NCBI RefSeq assembly: GCF_031769215.1
Contig: NW_026782051.1
Coordinates: forward strand, 1,054,001-1,118,000
DNA from: Ylistrum balloti
Taxonomy: Eukaryota
Direction: 5' to 3'
DNA: 64,000 nt
The notes beneath the pieces were generated by a model. It was not told where the DNA came from. It did no database searches and worked only from the letters and a program-made list of their open reading frames with translations. Of the stretch, positions 61,301-64,000 are shown one piece after another. Position 1 is the first letter of the stretch. Each line of letters starts with the position of its first letter. A program made the translations under genes and the position numbers.

Positions 61301-61431
61301 ATACCTTGAATTCCCTTGAAAGCATCACTATCATCACACCGTATGACTTTGTATAAATTGACCATTGACCCGTATGTGAGATACTGGTCCTTTTGGGTGG
61401 GTGACCACAGAATTTTTGTCACAGTTGACAT
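40173..61431 (-). CDS. MIOS: GATOR2 complex protein MIOS (WD40 propeller, alpha-solenoid, C-terminal Zn-binding/RING-like domain), 874 aa, 26 coding exons
   Basis: 26 GT-AG exons join in phase to 2625 nt. Diagnostic motifs: ILWSP, VAWYP...[78 protein letters not shown]...[10 protein letters not shown]. Confidence 0.97.
40681..40789 (-). CDS. MIOS: MIOS exon 25
   Basis: [24 protein letters not shown]. Confidence 0.94.
41420..42290. repeat. 61-bp minisatellite (dimer of 31+30-bp subunits, ~14 copies) in MIOS intron 24
   Basis: GTCAAGGGTCACATGGCAGTGTACAGGGTTA + GTCAAGGGCCATATAGCAGTACACATGTCA. Confidence 0.95.
42381..42555 (-). CDS. MIOS: MIOS exon 24
   Basis: AEFDI...[10 protein letters not shown]. 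Confidence 0.93.
42963..43004 (-). CDS. MIOS: MIOS exon 23
   Basis: [13 protein letters not shown]. Confidence 0.92.
43405..43543 (-). CDS. MIOS: MIOS exon 22
   Basis: [23 protein letters not shown]...WIE. Confidence 0.9.
43495..43885. repeat. 85-bp tandem repeat (~5 copies) spanning the MIOS exon 22 acceptor and exon start
   Basis: TTCTACC recurs at 43521, 43606, 43691, 43776, 43861. Confidence 0.93.
44278..44350 (-). CDS. MIOS: MIOS exon 21
   Basis: LKEYVDSL...GCLDGLLLT. Confidence 0.93.
44585..45135 (-). mobile_element. Possible solo LTR or other interspersed repeat in MIOS intron 20
   Basis: ~550-bp GC-richer block starting TGTCGTGG on the minus strand; canonical CA end and TSD not found. 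Confidence 0.3.
45295..45855. repeat. 45-bp minisatellite (~12 copies)
   Basis: GTTGTGTTGATCAACAATTAAAACTTCTGTAAGGCCCTGTATGAT; period 45301 to 45346. Confidence 0.95.
46166..46234 (-). CDS. MIOS: MIOS exon 20
   Basis: [16 protein letters not shown]. Confidence 0.93.
46622..46791 (-). CDS. MIOS: MIOS exon 19
   Basis: [11 protein letters not shown]...[11 protein letters not shown]. Confidence 0.93.
46995..47098 (-). CDS. MIOS: MIOS exon 18
   Basis: [19 protein letters not shown]. Confidence 0.93.
47391..47453 (-). CDS. MIOS: MIOS exon 17
   Basis: TRAIRLCGW...LFLE. Confidence 0.92.
48249..48441 (-). CDS. MIOS: MIOS exon 16
   Basis: ...TGIKSLL...YTSEE; GAAAG|GTAAGT. Confidence 0.88.
48442..49351 (-). 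other. U12-type GT-AG intron, MIOS intron 15
   Basis: 5' site GTATCCTTA; branch TCCTTAAT (48458-48451) ~10 nt before TAG. Confidence 0.9.
48560..49300. repeat. 53-bp minisatellite (~13 copies) inside U12 intron 15
   Basis: CACCACCCAAATCTTACCTTATAGTGCACAAAGATACAGGACAACCACCACAA; period 48601 to 48654. Confidence 0.95.
49352..49427 (-). CDS. MIOS: MIOS exon 15
   Basis: [25 protein letters not shown]; followed by U12 donor. Confidence 0.88.
50492..50626 (-). CDS. MIOS: MIOS exon 14
   Basis: [14 protein letters not shown]...[17 protein letters not shown]. Confidence 0.9.
50625..51080. repeat. 37-bp tandem repeat (core 50715-50875, degenerate flanks) abutting MIOS exon 14 acceptor
   Basis: ACCTACAAATACCTGATCTAAAACACAGGTAAATTAT; period 50724 to 50761. 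Confidence 0.85.
51178..51293 (-). CDS. MIOS: MIOS exon 13
   Basis: [13 protein letters not shown]...VHERIPV. Confidence 0.92.
51777..51821 (-). CDS. MIOS: MIOS exon 12
   Basis: [14 protein letters not shown]. Confidence 0.9.
52245..52665. repeat. Degenerate ~63-bp tandem repeat in MIOS intron 11
   Basis: CACCTGTCTCTATAAA...GATAAATCAGT recurs (52438, 52501, 52544, 52608). Confidence 0.8.
53122..53195 (-). CDS. MIOS: MIOS exon 11
   Basis: [24 protein letters not shown]. Confidence 0.92.
54010..54065 (-). CDS. MIOS: MIOS exon 10
   Basis: [18 protein letters not shown]. Confidence 0.9.
54066..54999 (-). other. U12-type (minor spliceosome) GT-AG intron, MIOS intron 9
   Basis: 5' site GTATCCTTT; branch TCCTTGAC (54084-54077) ~12 nt before the AG; no polypyrimidine tract. 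Confidence 0.9.
55000..55041 (-). CDS. MIOS: MIOS exon 9
   Basis: [14 protein letters not shown]; followed by U12 donor. Confidence 0.92.
55095..56400. repeat. 33-bp minisatellite (~39 copies) in MIOS intron 8
   Basis: GGGACATTGTACTCACAGTAGTATCTGATAAGT. Confidence 0.97.
56634..56728 (-). CDS. MIOS: MIOS exon 8
   Basis: [12 protein letters not shown]...RLASFHE. Confidence 0.92.
57039..57140 (-). CDS. MIOS: MIOS exon 7
   Basis: SLAWSHKD...IKIFDLR. Confidence 0.92.
57427..57586 (-). CDS. MIOS: MIOS exon 6
   Basis: [19 protein letters not shown]...TKPISEL. Confidence 0.92.
57610..57830. repeat. Degenerate ~22-bp repeat (GATATAATCAGGGCCCAGAT-like); related copies at ~58785-58875
   Basis: ATATAATCAGG / CCCAGAT motifs recur. 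Confidence 0.6.
59315..59373 (-). CDS. MIOS: MIOS exon 5
   Basis: [19 protein letters not shown]. Confidence 0.92.
59531..59574 (-). CDS. MIOS: MIOS exon 4
   Basis: [14 protein letters not shown]. Confidence 0.9.
59957..60039 (-). CDS. MIOS: MIOS exon 3
   Basis: [27 protein letters not shown]. Confidence 0.92.
60330..60665 (+). mobile_element. Penelope-like element terminal (pLTR) remnant in MIOS intron 2; partial copy at 29882-29966 (5' boundary approximate)
   Basis: Carries the hammerhead plus poly(A) signal; the GATTCTTCTA...CATCTACCAACTAGTACCACTCACAGGACGTTGGACTCCTCC segment is shared with 29882-29966. Confidence 0.6.
60440..60480 (+). ncRNA. Minimal type I hammerhead ribozyme motif (Penelope-associated)
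   Basis: GTT-CTGATGA-C-GGCTAG-TCTAG-CTAGCC-GAAA-CATGTC^AAC: intact core, 6-bp helix II, palindromic ACATGT helix III, GUC cleavage triplet, 3-bp helix I; AATAAA at 60483-60488. Confidence 0.75.
60859..60926 (-). CDS. MIOS: MIOS exon 2
   Basis: [22 protein letters not shown]. Confidence 0.85.
61305..61431 (-). CDS. MIOS: MIOS coding exon 1
   Basis: [17 protein letters not shown]...; AAG|GTATGA. Confidence 0.88.
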
Positions 61432-61979
61432 GGCCACTCAGTCTGTCTTGCTGTTCACACTGATCAATATTTTGTCATTTTGTCTGTATATTGCCTGCAA
61501 AGTACAGGTAATAAGAAGTATTTTCATGTCACCTAATAACAGCAGTAATCAAAGTTCAAATTTTAATTTATGACCGATTTTGAACTCATTACGAATTTCC
61601 CATCAAAGTCAATAGTCCCAATAGAATATCTTAGTCTTTATGATACTTGTTTACACCTTAATGGGATCCTGTACGCGCGACTTATGCAAATAAAGCCAGG
61701 GACGTAGATAACTGCATTGGTCCTACATTACTCCAAAATTTGTTTTCCGACTACAGAAGATTGATGTAAGCTCAGTTTCTATCGCATTGTCGGTCATCAT
61801 ATATATCAAAATATCATATAGACATGAGGAGAAACACGTGTGGTATCCAATGTCACTGATTATAAGTTGATATCTATGTCGTGGAGCACATTCGAATCTA
61901 TGCGGGATGCATGGGGGGAACGGGGGAACAGTGCAAAATTCATATATAATAAAATACTATTTAAGTCATGCTTACGTTT

Positions 61980-62430
61980 GTTTCAATTCACAACACTTAT
62001 CTTTCAATTGATATCTATGCATTCCTTTGGAAGAAAACAGCATATGAATATTCCAAAACCTAGCATAACGACAAACATGCAAGTAAAAAACTTCTCCTTG
62101 CCGTTTCGTTTTGAGCGGAAGTCAACAGACTTTCCTAATTCACGATAGTCGCAATAAACACTAAAACCAATCCGGTGTTATTATAACTATGCTTGAAGAA
62201 TTAAGTAACATATCAACTAATAAGTATATCTTTTCACAAAATGATTAGTTTTGTTCTAATTTGTATTTTCTATAAGTCGTAAAATTCTTTACCGTCCAGT
62301 AACCACTTCCGGCGTCATGTTTCTATGCGAAGCTTTTAGTTTTCGGACGGGATAGGCATATCTTTATCTAAAATCTTGTGCGATTGTGTCACCTCTTCAA
62401 CGCCATTCGACAACTCATTATGCGATAACC
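61980..62430. promoter_or_regulatory. Putative bidirectional promoter of MIOS and a divergent plus-strand gene
   Basis: CpG-richer patch; ETS motifs GCGGAAGT 62115-62122 and ACTTCCGG 62305-62312. Confidence 0.5.
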
Positions 62431-62517
62431 ATGGCGTCAAATACAAGAAATCCAAAGGACATCCGATCTATTGTCGAGGACAGTGATAAGGTGACATCAA
62501 AAAGGCCTTTACTCTGG
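62431..62517 (+). CDS. Candidate first coding exon of an unidentified gene (MASNTRNPKDIRSIVEDSDKVTSKRPLLW)
   Basis: Strong Kozak ACCATGGCG, open 29 codons, donor TGG|GTATGA (alternative AAG|GTGACA); rest of the gene not resolved. Confidence 0.5.
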
Positions 62518-64000
62518 GTATGACTGTGGGAGGACGGTCCCCTCATTTCCTGCTCTAGTGGTTTGAAGTTACGGATGTCAGCTTAAAAAAGATTAGATAG
62601 AATGATTTGCTTTTACATCGGCTTATAGCATGTACCACGCTGACCATTTTACAGTAATCGTCAGCATTTAGATGAAATTTTAGAAAAGTAAACTTTAAAA
62701 AAAGACCATTTATATGATATAACAACAGGGGATGGAGGCCCAACGTCCCTGCAGGGTATTCAGTTCCATATAGTGGCGGTTGGGATCCAAGGGTGGGTAC
62801 TCAAGTATTCAGCAGTGCTCATCAGGGAAGAATAAATAAAAGTAGAAAGTTTGCAAGCAATTTTACAAGCGTATCCATGTGTGTTGTGCCTTATCCTTTC
62901 TACTTTTATTTATATGATATGATTATTATTATTTATATGATTGCTCCTACACAAATATTAAAGATTTAGACAGGTGTAGATAGGTGTAGAGTTTGTTCCA
63001 TAACTTATATTCCTATTTTCAAAAGTATTTGGTTAGCTGTGTGACAGACACTGTAATTAATATTTCTATATGTCCATGTCATACTAACCTACTACTTCCA
63101 TGCTACTTCCCTTGGTTTTTCTTGAGAGTTCCTTAATCTCAAACCAATTAAGACCATAATGGGAAAATTCACGCCATAGGTGAGGTCTAGGGACCTTTTC
63201 CCAAGGGTTCAGATCCCAATATCTCATCAAGAATGGTTACCATTCTCTTACATGTGGTTGACCTTCATAAGGTAAGCTTTCATTTGTCTCTGTGCTTTGC
63301 ATATTGACATGACATTGTAGATATGAAAGAGAGATTCCTCTGTCTCAACCATACAATGAGACAAGCATGGATACACTTGTTCAGTGTAAGAGAACATTAA
63401 TTCTCCAATCCATGGGATTTCTTTGGGTGCCAATGTGGAAGAAATGAGGGAAACACATTATTGTCGATTGCCTTGACAAAAATGGAACTAAAGTCTAAAT
63501 CCTGATGTCGCATGGCTCTACAATTTGATCCAATCAAGCATGCTCTATCTGTCAGCTGAATGACAGAAATGATAATTAACATATTAATGCATTATTTACG
63601 AATACATTGGTGCCTCTTTCTTGTATCAAATCCTACCTGCTTCTTGCCTGATAATAGAATTTACTCATTTTGTGTTCTGCTCTCTCATGATACATGCTAT
63701 TTGATTTTGATCCACATGGATCAGAATGGTAGAATCTAATGGTGAAAAATACATTGTCTGTTCAGGTGGCTTGTTGAATGTCATTTTTGCAAACAACCTC
63801 AGTACTGTACTAGATAAGTACAAAGTTGACTCTTTTCACTACCACATCCTCCCCTCTATAATCTATCTTTCATTTTTGCAGAGAATTAGGTCAAGAATTA
63901 AAAAAGTAAAACAAAATAGATTTTAAGCTAAAAAAGTATGTAATGGTACATATTTTTGTACTCATACAAATCATAATTTCAATAATTATTGATTACAAAG

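Noticed and set aside
62790-62830. Minus-strand CCTGATGAGCACTGCTGAATAC, hammerhead-like
   Set aside because: GAAA is replaced by GAAT and helix II does not close; core incomplete.
63726-63926. 66-aa ORF as a possible second exon of the right-hand gene
   Set aside because: The open frame is not compatible with a phase-0 join from 62517 and there is no recognisable homology.

Overview
AT-rich eukaryotic genomic DNA with many short exons and minisatellite-laden introns. It is probably from a lophotrochozoan, most likely a bivalve mollusc (inference from repeat content and gene structure). Four spliced genes were reconstructed by hand with consistent intron phases: (1) a transmembrane prolyl-4-hydroxylase-like 2OG-Fe(II) dioxygenase (minus, 6 coding exons, 515 aa); (2) a UMA-domain protein resembling UMAD1 (minus, 2 coding exons, 180 aa); (3) RPA3 (plus, 4 exons, 117 aa); (4) MIOS, a GATOR2 subunit (minus, 26 coding exons, 874 aa). 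There is also a candidate 123-aa orphan gene near the left end and a candidate first exon of a divergent gene at the right end. Main observations: MIOS-RPA3-UMAD1 lie in the order and orientation I recall for human 7p21.3. MIOS has two clear U12-type (minor spliceosome) introns. Several MIOS intronic minisatellites are built from the adjacent splice junction and create decoy splice sites. A Penelope-type minimal hammerhead ribozyme motif sits in MIOS intron 2. All long ORFs in the repeat arrays look like artefacts. No database searches were run; gene names rest on my recall of the protein families.
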